Virus record (IMG/VR): IMGVR_UViG_3300049731_000177
Coordinates: 1-40,092 of that record
DNA: 40,092 nt
Origin: a virus
Lineage: Duplodnaviria > Caudoviricetes
Direction: 5' to 3' (one strand)
Shown: positions 8,238 through 16,574 of the stretch, piece by piece
Layout: each line of letters begins with the position of its first letter
How positions within the stretch are numbered: the first letter of the stretch is position 1
Notes under the pieces: generated by a model
The model's database searches: none
What the model was told of the DNA's origin: nothing
What the model saw: the letters and a program-made list of their open reading frames with translations, nothing else
Translations under genes and position numbers: made by a program

Positions 8238-8731
8238 GCCGTGCCACCTTTCGCCAGCGCCTTCACCTTGTGCCACTGGCAATAGCTGTCGCCGAAGGTG
8301 GTGGGCGATCCACAAAAGAGATATCCACCAACGACGTTGTTATCGATCACTTCCGGCCACCTACATTGATTGGCGCCCAGATTGAGCAATGGCACCAGCA
8401 GCATGTGCGGCTTTCTTGATCGCCCTTCCATGGCGCGCTTTTTCCCCTCGCGTTCTTCCCAGTTTTTCCAGTCGGCCTTGACGAAGGCCAGTGTCGGCGG
8501 ATCCACCATGCCGGCCGGCGGCGATGCCCGGTGCTTCGGCTTCGGCTTGTATTTCTTCGGCGGCCGCTGTGCCGCCACCATGTCTGTCCACAGCTTGTTC
8601 AGGTCTCTGTCGCGGTGCAGCCGGCCCAGCACGGCGTTCTTCGACAGCCCGAAGACCACGGAAATGGCGCGCGCATTGCAGCCGGCCGACACCAGCTGGG
8701 CGACGAGGGAAGGGTCCCAGGTGGGGGTCAT
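8234..8731 (-). CDS. gcrA: GcrA-like cell-cycle/transcription regulator
   Basis: N-terminal W...SKNAVLGRLHR HTH and C-terminal LLNL...CRWP...FCG.P....SYC..H, the hallmark GcrA motifs. Confidence 0.85.
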   Translation of the reverse strand: MTPTWDPSLVAQLVSAGCNARAISVVFGLSKNAVLGRLHRDRDLNKLWTDMVAAQRPPKKYKPKPKHRASPPAGMVDPPTLAFVKADWKNWEEREGKKRAMEGRSRKPHMLLVPLLNLGANQCRWPEVIDNNVVGGYLFCGSPTTFGDSYCQWHKVKALAKGGTA

Positions 8732-9291
8732 TTCCAATGTCCCGGTGCGTAGTGAATTGTGCGCTTTGGCCGGCTGAAGATCGAAAGCTGGCCAGGTGTG
8801 GTGTCGTATCGGCCCCAGATATCGAAACTGGAACGCGGCCAGAATGCCATGCCGCCAGGATCCATCTTGTCGCCAGGGTAGATGCGCGGCAGTCCTAACT
8901 TGTCCAAGGACTGTGCAAGGATGAGGCCGGTCGAATATTCGCCGATGACTAGCACGACCGGCAGACCGGATATCTGCTGCACGGCGTCATAGTCGCGGTA
9001 GCAACGAAGCCCGATGCCGTGGTCGTAACGTCCCTCAGAATGTGTGAAGTTGCATGCCGTTTTTTCCTTCAGTTCACGCCACCCACTTTTGCCGTGGCCG
9101 GACACCTGAAGGTCCGGCAGCCGGTGGCCCTTGTACGGGCCTTCCAGCATCGGTGCCTTATCCTGGCCACCATCAAGCTCGTAGCAGCGCATGACGGACC
9201 AGCCCGCCAGCAGTAGTTGCCTCGCATACTCTCGCTCAAAGTCGCGGCCGTGCCAGAATTCGACTGTGTCGCGGATGCTGAGCTGTTTCAT
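8728..9291 (-). CDS. PD-(D/E)xK nuclease-like protein
   Basis: G..FE...LPDL...W.ELKEK restriction-endonuclease-like pattern; coupled to the MTase. Confidence 0.55.
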   Translation of the reverse strand: MKQLSIRDTVEFWHGRDFEREYARQLLLAGWSVMRCYELDGGQDKAPMLEGPYKGHRLPDLQVSGHGKSGWRELKEKTACNFTHSEGRYDHGIGLRCYRDYDAVQQISGLPVVLVIGEYSTGLILAQSLDKLGLPRIYPGDKMDPGGMAFWPRSSFDIWGRYDTTPGQLSIFSRPKRTIHYAPGHWK

Positions 9292-9992
9292 CGCCGCACC
9301 TCCGCGATGAAGCCCGCACCGCCAAACACATCGGCGAAACGGTCAATCTCCCGACCGAAATAGAAAAAGGTCTGGCCCTGCGTTGGTGTGCTTTTCTCAC
9401 CGTCCAGGCGTACGAAGCGAATCCGGCCACGAAGAAAACACAGCGCCGATGAGGCGGTGGCCAGCGTGTGAAACCATCCGGTATCAGTGCAGTCGTTGGT
9501 GAGAACGACGGCAGCCGTCACGCGACCAGCCAGATATTCCTCGACCAGCTTCTCGGAGAATTGCGAAATCAGCGGGTATGTATAGGGCGGATTCATCCAC
9601 ACCCGACCGTCCCAGGATTGACTGAGGCCGTTGGTCTCGGATGAGAAGAACCGGGCAGCCTGCACAGTCCGGTTGGCGACCTCACTGGACGCCGGGTCCA
9701 GGTCGATGGCACCCAGCACGTTGCGCGCCATCAGAATATATTCGGCCGGCGTATACCATTCGAAGTCACCGGAATTCGCCTCGACGCGATGCTCCATTTT
9801 TTCGGCCATGGCTTGCGCCATCAGACTGCCGACGAGCTGGTCGCGGTATTTGTCTGGCTTCGCTAGCCGGTTGCGCCAGCGCGATACCTGCGGCTGCTTG
9901 ATTCCAGCCAAACTCTCGACTTCATCGACCGAAAAGTAATTCCGTACTGCATTACTTTTTGCGCGGCCTTGCATTTGCTCGGACATTGTCAT
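9288..9992 (-). CDS. Phage DNA N6-adenine methyltransferase (Dam-like), C-terminal part
   Basis: EWYTP, IDLDPASS, WDGRVWMNPPY, TDTGWFH and GRIRF motifs. Confidence 0.88.
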   Translation of the reverse strand: MTMSEQMQGRAKSNAVRNYFSVDEVESLAGIKQPQVSRWRNRLAKPDKYRDQLVGSLMAQAMAEKMEHRVEANSGDFEWYTPAEYILMARNVLGAIDLDPASSEVANRTVQAARFFSSETNGLSQSWDGRVWMNPPYTYPLISQFSEKLVEEYLAGRVTAAVVLTNDCTDTGWFHTLATASSALCFLRGRIRFVRLDGEKSTPTQGQTFFYFGREIDRFADVFGGAGFIAEVRR

Positions 9993-10176
9993 CCCACCAT
10001 TTGACGAATTCGCGCTGGTTCTGAATCTTCACTTCGACCGCCTCTTCGAGCAGCGGCCAGTCCTTCACCTTCTTGGCGTAGGCGATGAGCGCATCGGCCT
10101 TGGCGTCGATGGCCTTGGCCTCTTCCGGCTTGAAGTCGGTGAGTGCGCCGAAGGCATGCTGAATAAGGTCGTTCAT
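9952..10176 (-). CDS. Probable N-terminal part of the MTase gene, separated by a +1 frame break
   Basis: Strong GGAGG RBS at ATG 10176. Ends CGC AAA AAG TAA while overlapping the MTase frame. 9288-10176 is 889 nt (3n+1). Confidence 0.55.
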   Translation of the reverse strand: MNDLIQHAFGALTDFKPEEAKAIDAKADALIAYAKKVKDWPLLEEAVEVKIQNQREFVKWWDDNVRANARPRKK

Positions 10177-10308
10177 CTTTCCTCCAGCCCCCGCCAGAGG
10201 TTTCATTCCCCATGGTCACCGCCGGGCAGACCGGGGAACGGCATTACCCGGCGGCGCCTTTCCGCTCGACCAGCGTTCGGGCCGGCTGCTGCGGAAATCT
10301 TTGGTCCC

Positions 10309-10539
10309 TTACTCTGCGGCCTTGTCCCAGACCGGCGTGTCGAACACGTCCGGCCGAAGCTTGTGCCGCGGTATTCCGGTGATCTTCTCGAATTCAATGA
10401 CCCGCTCGGCCGGCACCTGGCGGCGGCCACTTTCCCAGCGCGATACTTCAGCGGCCGAGACACCCAACATTTTCCCGACCGCCGATTGGCTGCGATGGCC
10501 GTCCGGCAGGCTTTTTCGCCAATTCCGAAGCGCGTTCAT
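10309..10539 (-). CDS. Cro-like HTH regulator
   Basis: SQSAVGKMLGVSAAEVSRWESG...TGIPRHKLRPDVF; divergent from the CI-like gene. Confidence 0.88.
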   Translation of the reverse strand: MNALRNWRKSLPDGHRSQSAVGKMLGVSAAEVSRWESGRRQVPAERVIEFEKITGIPRHKLRPDVFDTPVWDKAAE

Positions 10540-10548
10540 GATTTTTGC

Positions 10549-10577
10549 AATGTACCGCCTAGGTACAATGGGCGCAA
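10549..10577 (-). promoter_or_regulatory. Lytic (cro) promoter TTGCGC-17-TACATT with embedded 17-bp operator TGTACC-N5-GGTACA (10551-10567)
   Basis: Palindrome lies between -35 and -10. The cro ATG is 9 nt after the -10 with no RBS, so it is near-leaderless. Confidence 0.75.
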
Positions 10578-10632
10578 TTCACTTTTGCCGTCATGGCTGA
10601 CGCCTCATCTTGCCATTTTGGTAATATGCGCT

Positions 10633-10974
10633 ATGATCAAGCGGTTAGAGTTGGGCGAGATAAAACCTTTGCGGAACTATTTCCGGGAGTGGCGGGAGTT
10701 CGCCGGTTACACCCAGCAAACGCTTGGCGAGAAAATTGGCATGGCGGCCGGGTCGATATCCCGTATCGAGACCGGACAGCGCGACTTCAACGGCCATTTT
10801 CTCGCCCTTTTTGTCAACGCGGTCGGCTGCCGGCCCGGCGATCCGCTCAACCGGCCGCCGGACAGAATGCCGTTCAACGGCCTGCTGCCGGAAGACGATG
10901 CCGAGCTGGGCAAGCGCGCCCGCGAGCTGTTACAGAATTTGATTAGTACCGCAGACGGCAAGAAAACCGACTGA
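10633..10974 (+). CDS. CI-like XRE HTH repressor without an S24 peptidase domain
   Basis: FREWREFAGYTQQTLGEKIGMAAGSISRIETG HTH. About 113 aa; start uncertain. Confidence 0.8.
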   Translation: MIKRLELGEIKPLRNYFREWREFAGYTQQTLGEKIGMAAGSISRIETGQRDFNGHFLALFVNAVGCRPGDPLNRPPDRMPFNGLLPEDDAELGKRARELLQNLISTADGKKTD

Positions 10975-11033
10975 GTCGGCGCGACTCCATGCATCACATC
11001 TGCTGCGCTTTCCATGATGGCATACTTTTCGGT

Positions 11034-11061
11034 TTGTCATTTTGTACCTATGCGGTATATT
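11034..11061 (+). promoter_or_regulatory. Early + strand promoter TTGTCA-16-TATATT with second operator copy TGTACCTATGCGGTATA (11043-11059)
   Basis: 15/17 match to the reverse complement of the 10551-10567 operator, with the same placement relative to the -10. Confidence 0.75.
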
Positions 11062-11154
11062 ACTATTTCCATATCAATTAGCTGACAAACTGCCCGCATC
11101 GGCCGTATTCGCCGGACAGCACGCCAGCCCTTTTTGCCAAGAAAGGGCAAGCCA

Positions 11155-11532
11155 ATGAACCCCAGGGACTTCCACTTCCACCTCGACCTCGATCTCGTTG
11201 CCGAAAGCTTTCGCGACGAGCTGCAACGCTTTGCCGAGGAGGGTGTTCCGCCGAACGACCGGACCCTGCTGGCCGTGGTGCTCGGCCAGTACCGCTACGC
11301 CATCAAGGCGATCGGCGACGGCCCCAACACGCTGGCCGGGGTGATCCATTTCCTCGAAGGCCATCTGCCCGATTTCGCCTGGGGTTCGCCGCAGGCCGTG
11401 GCGCGCTGGGAACACATGAAGAAATATGCCGCAGCGCTGGTTGCGCTGGCCGGTGGCGGCATGGGTATGCATTACCTGTGCCGGCATCACCATGAGATGA
11501 CGGCGCACCTCCACCATATTCCATGGTGTTGA
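11155..11532 (+). CDS. Hypothetical early protein (AWGS..AV..W motif, His-rich tail)
   Basis: AAGGG RBS before ATG 11155; first gene after the early promoter. Confidence 0.6.
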   Translation: MNPRDFHFHLDLDLVAESFRDELQRFAEEGVPPNDRTLLAVVLGQYRYAIKAIGDGPNTLAGVIHFLEGHLPDFAWGSPQAVARWEHMKKYAAALVALAGGGMGMHYLCRHHHEMTAHLHHIPWC

Positions 11533-11533
11533 G

Positions 11534-11620
11534 ATGAGCGCTCCCCTCCGCGGCATCATCAACGGCCTCATCCTGTCCACCGCGCTGTGGGCCATCATCC
11601 TGTGGGCATTGCTGACATGA
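11534..11620 (+). CDS. 28-aa single-TM microprotein
   Basis: Not in the ORF track. MSAPLRGIINGLILSTALWAIILWALLT; ATGA overlap with the next gene. Confidence 0.6.
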   Translation: MSAPLRGIINGLILSTALWAIILWALLT

Positions 11621-12453
11621 GCGAGCACGCCGAACCCGACCCCTGGCTGTTCTGGAAGCGCGCCATCCAGGCGCCGGGACTGATCGGCACCTATGAGCTG
11701 CCGCTGTTCGTCGATGCGCCAGAGATCGGGTTCTATCGATATTACGACAAGCGGCTCGACCGCTATGCGCCGGTGGCGTTCTTCTTCGATGATGCCGCGC
11801 TGCTGTGCTGCCAGGTCGACGGCCGCCTCGTCGAGCCGATGAAGATGGGCGATATCTGGCACCGCTGCTGCCGACACCCGATTTCTTATGCCGCCTATCA
11901 GGACGCTATCCAGGGCAACGGCTTTGCCGACGAGCCGCCAGCACCGGCAGTGGGCCATAACCTGGCGGCCGATTTGCGCGAGCAGCTGATGCTGGAATTC
12001 GAGGCCGAGCAGGAGATCGCCCGCGATCTGCTGGGCCGGGAACTGAGCCAGGACATTGCCGACCAGATTGCCATCATGACCAAGCGGCTGTCCGGCCTGC
12101 GCCAGCGTGCCGATCTTGAGCATACGAAAGAGAAGCGACCCCACCTCGAAGCCGGCCGCACCGTCGACGACCGCTGGCGATTCCGCGATGCGGTGACAGA
12201 AACTGTCACCCTCTTGAAAAAACACCTGCAGCCCTGGCTTGACACGCACGGCGAGGCGGCCGGCCGCACCGGCGCCAAAGTATCGCTGCGGCGGGTTTAT
12301 GTCGGCGAGATCGTCAACGCCGATCTGTTCTTCGGCGCCGTCAAGGACCGGCCGGAAGTCCGCGAGGCCTTGCAGAAAGTGGCCAATCAGCTGGCCCGCG
12401 CGCATGCCGAGACGCCGGGCCTGGTGATACGCGAGGAGGCGAGGGCGATATGA
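11617..12453 (+). CDS. Recombination-region protein with GHN motif and C-terminal coiled coil
   Basis: Start ATG 11617. PAVGHN...EKRPHLEAGRTVDDRW pattern, typical of alphaproteobacterial phage genes next to recombinases. Confidence 0.65.
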   Translation: MSEHAEPDPWLFWKRAIQAPGLIGTYELPLFVDAPEIGFYRYYDKRLDRYAPVAFFFDDAALLCCQVDGRLVEPMKMGDIWHRCCRHPISYAAYQDAIQGNGFADEPPAPAVGHNLAADLREQLMLEFEAEQEIARDLLGRELSQDIADQIAIMTKRLSGLRQRADLEHTKEKRPHLEAGRTVDDRWRFRDAVTETVTLLKKHLQPWLDTHGEAAGRTGAKVSLRRVYVGEIVNADLFFGAVKDRPEVREALQKVANQLARAHAETPGLVIREEARAI

Positions 12454-12665
12454 CCAAGGAGCTGTCGAAGATCACTTCCGCGATTGCTCCATTCAGTAAG
12501 GACTATGACCGTACCGGCGATGACCGGGCGGATCTCCGCGATACCATCGCCGGCGTAAAGATCGGCATCGCCACCTTCGATCGGCTCGCCGCCGAATTGC
12601 GCGACGAACTTTCCAAGCTTCAGGCGAGTCAAGACGAACGCTATCCAGAGGATGCAATCCCATGA
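12450..12665 (+). CDS. Hypothetical protein
   Basis: 71 aa, ATGA-coupled at both ends. Confidence 0.65.
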   Translation: MTKELSKITSAIAPFSKDYDRTGDDRADLRDTIAGVKIGIATFDRLAAELRDELSKLQASQDERYPEDAIP

Positions 12666-13600
12666 CTGCGACCGAAACCCGCTTGCCGGCGCTGGTGTCC
12701 GGCGGCGCCATCCGCCCGATCATCCCGCAGGATTTTGAGGGTGCCTGGCGCATTGCCTCGGCGATCGCCAAGGCCGGCATGCAGCCGCCGGGACTGGAAT
12801 CGCCGGAGAAGATCACCATTGCCATCCTGGCCGGCATGGAGGTCGGTCTGCCGCCGATGCAGGCCATCCAGTCGATCGCCATCATCAACAACCGGCCGTC
12901 GATCTATGGCGACGGCGCGCTGGCGCTGGTGCGTGCGTCCGGCTTGCTCGTTGACATGCAGGAACGGCTCGACGGCCAGGGCGAAGCGATGACCGCCACC
13001 TGCCGCGTGCGCCGTCGTGGCGAGAATACCGACACCATCCGGCAGTTTTCCGTTGCCGACGCCAAGAAGGCCGGGCTGTGGACGCGCAAGGGTCCGTGGG
13101 AACATTATCCCCAGAGGATGCTCGCCATGCGCGCCCGCGCCTTTGCGCTCAGAGACGGCTTTGCCGATGTGCTGCGCGGCCTTTCCGTGGCCGAGGAGAT
13201 GGCCGACGTGAAGCCGGCGCCGCAGCCGGGACCGCCGCCCGACGATAGCATTCCTGACTTTGGCGCCAGCGTGGTAGACTCCGATCCAGGCGTCAGCTCT
13301 CGCCCCCCAAACAATGACGCCAGCGGCAGCGAGGGGCCACTCCCCTCGGCGCACGACCTCGCTGCCGCAGCTTTGCGCCGGTCGAATGCGCTGGAGCTGC
13401 TGCTGGAAATCGCTGAAGACGAGGAACTGGACGTCGAGGACCGGGTCGCCAAGATCGACGGTTTTGGCCCGCGCATGGCCGCCGAGCAATTGAAGGGCGA
13501 CATGGAGTTTCACAAGGCGCTGTTTGAGACGGCAGTGAAGGTGGCGCGCGGGCAACTGAAGCCGGACGGCGCGCGGAAGTTCCTGGAAGGCATGAAATAA
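12662..13600 (+). CDS. RecT-like single-strand annealing recombinase
   Basis: GMEVGLPPMQAIQSIAIINNRPSIYGD...AKKAGLW...W..YP.RML..RARAFALRD.F.DVL.G. Confidence 0.82.
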   Translation: MTATETRLPALVSGGAIRPIIPQDFEGAWRIASAIAKAGMQPPGLESPEKITIAILAGMEVGLPPMQAIQSIAIINNRPSIYGDGALALVRASGLLVDMQERLDGQGEAMTATCRVRRRGENTDTIRQFSVADAKKAGLWTRKGPWEHYPQRMLAMRARAFALRDGFADVLRGLSVAEEMADVKPAPQPGPPPDDSIPDFGASVVDSDPGVSSRPPNNDASGSEGPLPSAHDLAAAALRRSNALELLLEIAEDEELDVEDRVAKIDGFGPRMAAEQLKGDMEFHKALFETAVKVARGQLKPDGARKFLEGMK

Positions 13601-13614
13601 AGGGAGGGAGCGAG

Positions 13615-14733
13615 ATGTCTGTTGTCAGAATTTTTAATGGAGCGCTGCAAGCAAGTGAAAGAGGACCAGGCGGCGTCCTGCGCGGCCTCGTCGATTGTGA
13701 AACATTTTCTGCGATTCATGTTCCGCCATACCAGCGCGGCAATCTTCAGGACAAGTCGTTGGCCGAAAGCTTTCTTGACCCTGATGCCCGCCTTCCAGAT
13801 GTTGAACTAGCAATGCGCGGCCATCGATATAATCGCGATAGCGATGTCTTCGAACTTCTTGACCCGGTTTTCGTCTTAGATGGCCTTCAGCGGATCAGCT
13901 CAGCACAGCACTATGTTAATAGCGGCGGCAACCCGGCCCATGTCGAAATCGGCGCGTTGATCAATTTTGACACTACAGAGGAATGGGAGAAGGCGCGATT
14001 CGAAACATTGAATCGGGCTCGCCGCCGAGTTTCCGCCGATCTGATGCTGCGCAATCGGCGTGACCGGCATCCTGGCCTTCTCATGCTCTATGAACTATCG
14101 ATGCACGACCCAGCGTTTCCACTTCACGGTCGCGTCAGCTGGCAGCAAATGCGGGCACGCCGCGATCTGATCGGTTCATTCGCGCTGTCGAAAGCCTGCA
14201 TGGCGCTACATCTTGGCGTCTGCGGCTTCAGTGCCAAGCTGGAAGAAACAATTGCCCATCTCGATATCGTCGTCCATCGCATCGGCAGCGATATCATGCG
14301 GACCAATTTCATGACGTTTTTTGATCTGGTCGAGGAAAACTGGAAGGTCCGAGAACTGCCATTCGTCCGCAGTGCGATCCCGGTCAAAGAAGATTTTTTA
14401 ATCGTCCTGGCGCGGATTCTGGCCGACCACGATGCTTTCTGGGTCAGTCGTGGCGCGCGCGGGCCAAAGTGTCATCTGTTTATTTCGCAGAAATGGCGGC
14501 AGAAACTTCGTGGGTTTCCCCTTGAGGATCGGAACGTCGTACAGCTGCTGATAAGCGGTGGTGCAAAGTCTGCGCGCAGCATCCTGTATGAAATGCTGGT
14601 CCGGCATCTCAATTCTGGAAAGAAGACAGGCCACCTGACAGCACGCGAAACGATGGAGTGGGCTGACGAAACACCGCGCAAAACCAAGAAAAAGCCCGAC
14701 GATGGAACTGCAAGCGCAGAGGCGAGATCATGA
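13615..14733 (+). CDS. ParB/Srx-fold (DGQHR/DUF262-like) domain protein
   Basis: VPPYQR...VLDGLQRISSA...F..LN signature. Codon usage is visibly more AT-rich than its neighbours. Confidence 0.6.
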   Translation: MSVVRIFNGALQASERGPGGVLRGLVDCETFSAIHVPPYQRGNLQDKSLAESFLDPDARLPDVELAMRGHRYNRDSDVFELLDPVFVLDGLQRISSAQHYVNSGGNPAHVEIGALINFDTTEEWEKARFETLNRARRRVSADLMLRNRRDRHPGLLMLYELSMHDPAFPLHGRVSWQQMRARRDLIGSFALSKACMALHLGVCGFSAKLEETIAHLDIVVHRIGSDIMRTNFMTFFDLVEENWKVRELPFVRSAIPVKEDFLIVLARILADHDAFWVSRGARGPKCHLFISQKWRQKLRGFPLEDRNVVQLLISGGAKSARSILYEMLVRHLNSGKKTGHLTARETMEWADETPRKTKKKPDDGTASAEARS

Positions 14734-15497
14734 CCGCAACCGATATCGTCGCCCCAAACACGTTGACGGCAATGGTCGATCATGCCGCCGCCATGCTTTA
14801 CGAAGCGCGATCTGCTGCCGAGGTAATCGAGGCATTCGAACTAGCCCGCGAAACCTACGCACAGGCAAAGAGGATAAAATCGATGGCAAAGGCAAAGCAG
14901 GCCCGCGACGCCTTGATAGGGCGGATGAATCGTGTGCAAGCCGATGCGCTATCAATCAAGGCGGATGCCGAAACGCGGCTGGCCGATGAATATGACGCTG
15001 CGCAGGCACGCGGCGAAGTGGCAACACAACGTGACGGCGACAGGCATTGCAAAGCGGAACGCCTGAAACCCACCGCCAAAGACCTTGGCCTCTCAAACAC
15101 AGCCATATTCAATGCCCGACAAACCCGCGATGCCGAAAAAAAGGAACCGGGCGTCGTGCGCCGCGTCCTCAATGAGGCAATTGATGAAGGTCGCGAACCA
15201 ACTTCGACGCTGGTTCGCAGCGCCGTGCAGAAAGTAAATGGCAGGAAGCCCAAGACAACTGAACGTGATCGGGAGCTTGCCAGTATCAAAGTCCTCACCC
15301 AGATCGGCGTTCTCAAAAATGAATGGAGCAAAGCAACCAAAGCGGCGCGTGTCGCCTTTCTGCACGATCTTGGCATAACTGACGCAGAAACAGTCGAACG
15401 GGTGCGGACGCGTACATTCAAGACGCGGCGGATGTATTACGATCGGACAATAGCACCCATCAACAAGTTGCCAGTACTTAATGGCAGCGAGCGCTAA
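14730..15497 (+). CDS. Helical DNA-binding protein; N-terminal domain of a type often fused to phage MTases
   Basis: AAEVIEA...RLADEYDAAQARGEVA...TAKDLGLS...RDAE..EPG.VRR motif. Confidence 0.6.
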   Translation: MTATDIVAPNTLTAMVDHAAAMLYEARSAAEVIEAFELARETYAQAKRIKSMAKAKQARDALIGRMNRVQADALSIKADAETRLADEYDAAQARGEVATQRDGDRHCKAERLKPTAKDLGLSNTAIFNARQTRDAEKKEPGVVRRVLNEAIDEGREPTSTLVRSAVQKVNGRKPKTTERDRELASIKVLTQIGVLKNEWSKATKAARVAFLHDLGITDAETVERVRTRTFKTRRMYYDRTIAPINKLPVLNGSER

Positions 15498-15677
15498 ATG
15501 CCCAACCGGCCGCTTGCCGTCACCCAGAAGCAGATCGTTGCCATTCTGAAGGCAGCGCAGAAGACCGGCGTGCGGCTAAAAATCAAGGCGCGCGAGGGCG
15601 AGGTGGTCTTTATTGCCGACGAGGACGACGGCGCACCCGTGCCGCCGCCGAAGAAAGAGCCCAGCTTCGATCTCTGA
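15498..15677 (+). CDS. Putative excisionase/recombination directionality factor
   Basis: Not in the ORF track (59 aa). MPNRPLAVTQKQIVAILKAAQKTG... resembles the small proteins that precede alphaproteobacterial phage integrases. Confidence 0.6.
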   Translation: MPNRPLAVTQKQIVAILKAAQKTGVRLKIKAREGEVVFIADEDDGAPVPPPKKEPSFDL

Positions 15678-15682
15678 AAAAT

Positions 15683-15737
15683 ATACGCTAGTTGCGCATT
15701 CGTTCCGCTTGCGTGTTGTGCGCAGAGTGCGTATGTC
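15683..15737 (+). promoter_or_regulatory. Promoter (CTTGCG-17-GTATGT) with inverted operator-like pair ATACGC-N4-TGCGCA / TGCGCA-N4-GCGTAT
   Basis: Copies at 15683-15698 and 15719-15734; the second lies in the promoter spacer upstream of an HTH gene. Confidence 0.55.
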
Positions 15738-15743
15738 TATGGT

Positions 15744-15980
15744 GTGTCAACAACGGAGACACCCATGCAACGACTACGAATAAACACCGGCAGCACGGCT
15801 GCTGAACATCTCGCTTACGACGTAAAGGAGTGGCGCGGCAAGGTGCCGGCGCGAGTCGCCGCCGAACTGCTTGGCATGCGCAAGCGCACGCTGGACGGCA
15901 TCGAGCAGGGACGTGGCTTCACCTATGAGAAGCTGCTGCGCATCGCCATGAAGACGATATCACTTGAGGAAAAGAAATGA
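15744..15980 (+). CDS. Small XRE-like HTH protein
   Basis: VKEWR...AAELLGMRKRTLDGIEQGRG. Start is GTG 15744 or ATG 15765 (GGAG RBS). Confidence 0.75.
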   Translation: MSTTETPMQRLRINTGSTAAEHLAYDVKEWRGKVPARVAAELLGMRKRTLDGIEQGRGFTYEKLLRIAMKTISLEEKK

Positions 15981-16183
15981 CTGTCACGCTTGAACTGCTT
16001 GGAAAGCAGATGGAAACGCTGATCAGCGAGGTACGCGGCTTGCGCGAGTCCGTTGATGGAATGCGCACCGAACTGGATGGCCAGTTCGGCCTGATCACCG
16101 CGAAACATGCCGGCAACGAAGCGCTAGAACGGCTGGTCGCCGCGCTGGCCAGGCGCGTCACGGTTTTGGAACGCGCGAAATAA
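15977..16183 (+). CDS. Small coiled-coil protein
   Basis: 68 aa, heptad pattern, ATGA overlap. Confidence 0.65.
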   Translation: MTVTLELLGKQMETLISEVRGLRESVDGMRTELDGQFGLITAKHAGNEALERLVAALARRVTVLERAK

Positions 16184-16205
16184 TCAACACCAGAGGGGGA
16201 AAGAA

Positions 16206-16562
16206 ATGAAAACGCTTTTTACGATTGCCTGCGTTGCCGCGATGGCTGCGGGTCCGGTGGCTAAAGCCGAGCAAGCGGGTATGGCCGACGTTTGTCAGGA
16301 ATTGGCGAATATGGCCGAAATGATGATGACCCTGCGTCAAAGAGGCACGCCAATGGGCACGCTTCTGGCGGCCACCCAAAGGGTCGAGGATAGCGGACCC
16401 GGTGGTGGAGGCATCATGGCTTTGTCGCGCGACATCATTGTCGAAGCTTACGACGAGCCGCACTGGTCGACGCCAGAAACGAAGCAGAGGTCAATCGGCG
16501 ACTTCCGCGACAAGGTGCATGTGGAATGTCTGAAGGGCGTGAAGGCAGCGACGCACTATTGA
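16206..16562 (+). CDS. Exported/periplasmic protein with signal peptide
   Basis: MKTLFTIACVAAMAAGPVAKA signal (AxA site); two Cys in the mature part; GAGGGGG RBS. Confidence 0.7.
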   Translation: MKTLFTIACVAAMAAGPVAKAEQAGMADVCQELANMAEMMMTLRQRGTPMGTLLAATQRVEDSGPGGGGIMALSRDIIVEAYDEPHWSTPETKQRSIGDFRDKVHVECLKGVKAATHY

Positions 16563-16574
16563 GGGGGACGGAAA

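Noticed and set aside
10156-10632. Long N-terminal extension of the CI ORF (272 aa in the track)
   Set aside because: It overlaps cro and the operator/promoter region on the opposite strand; the HTH starts only after ~10633.
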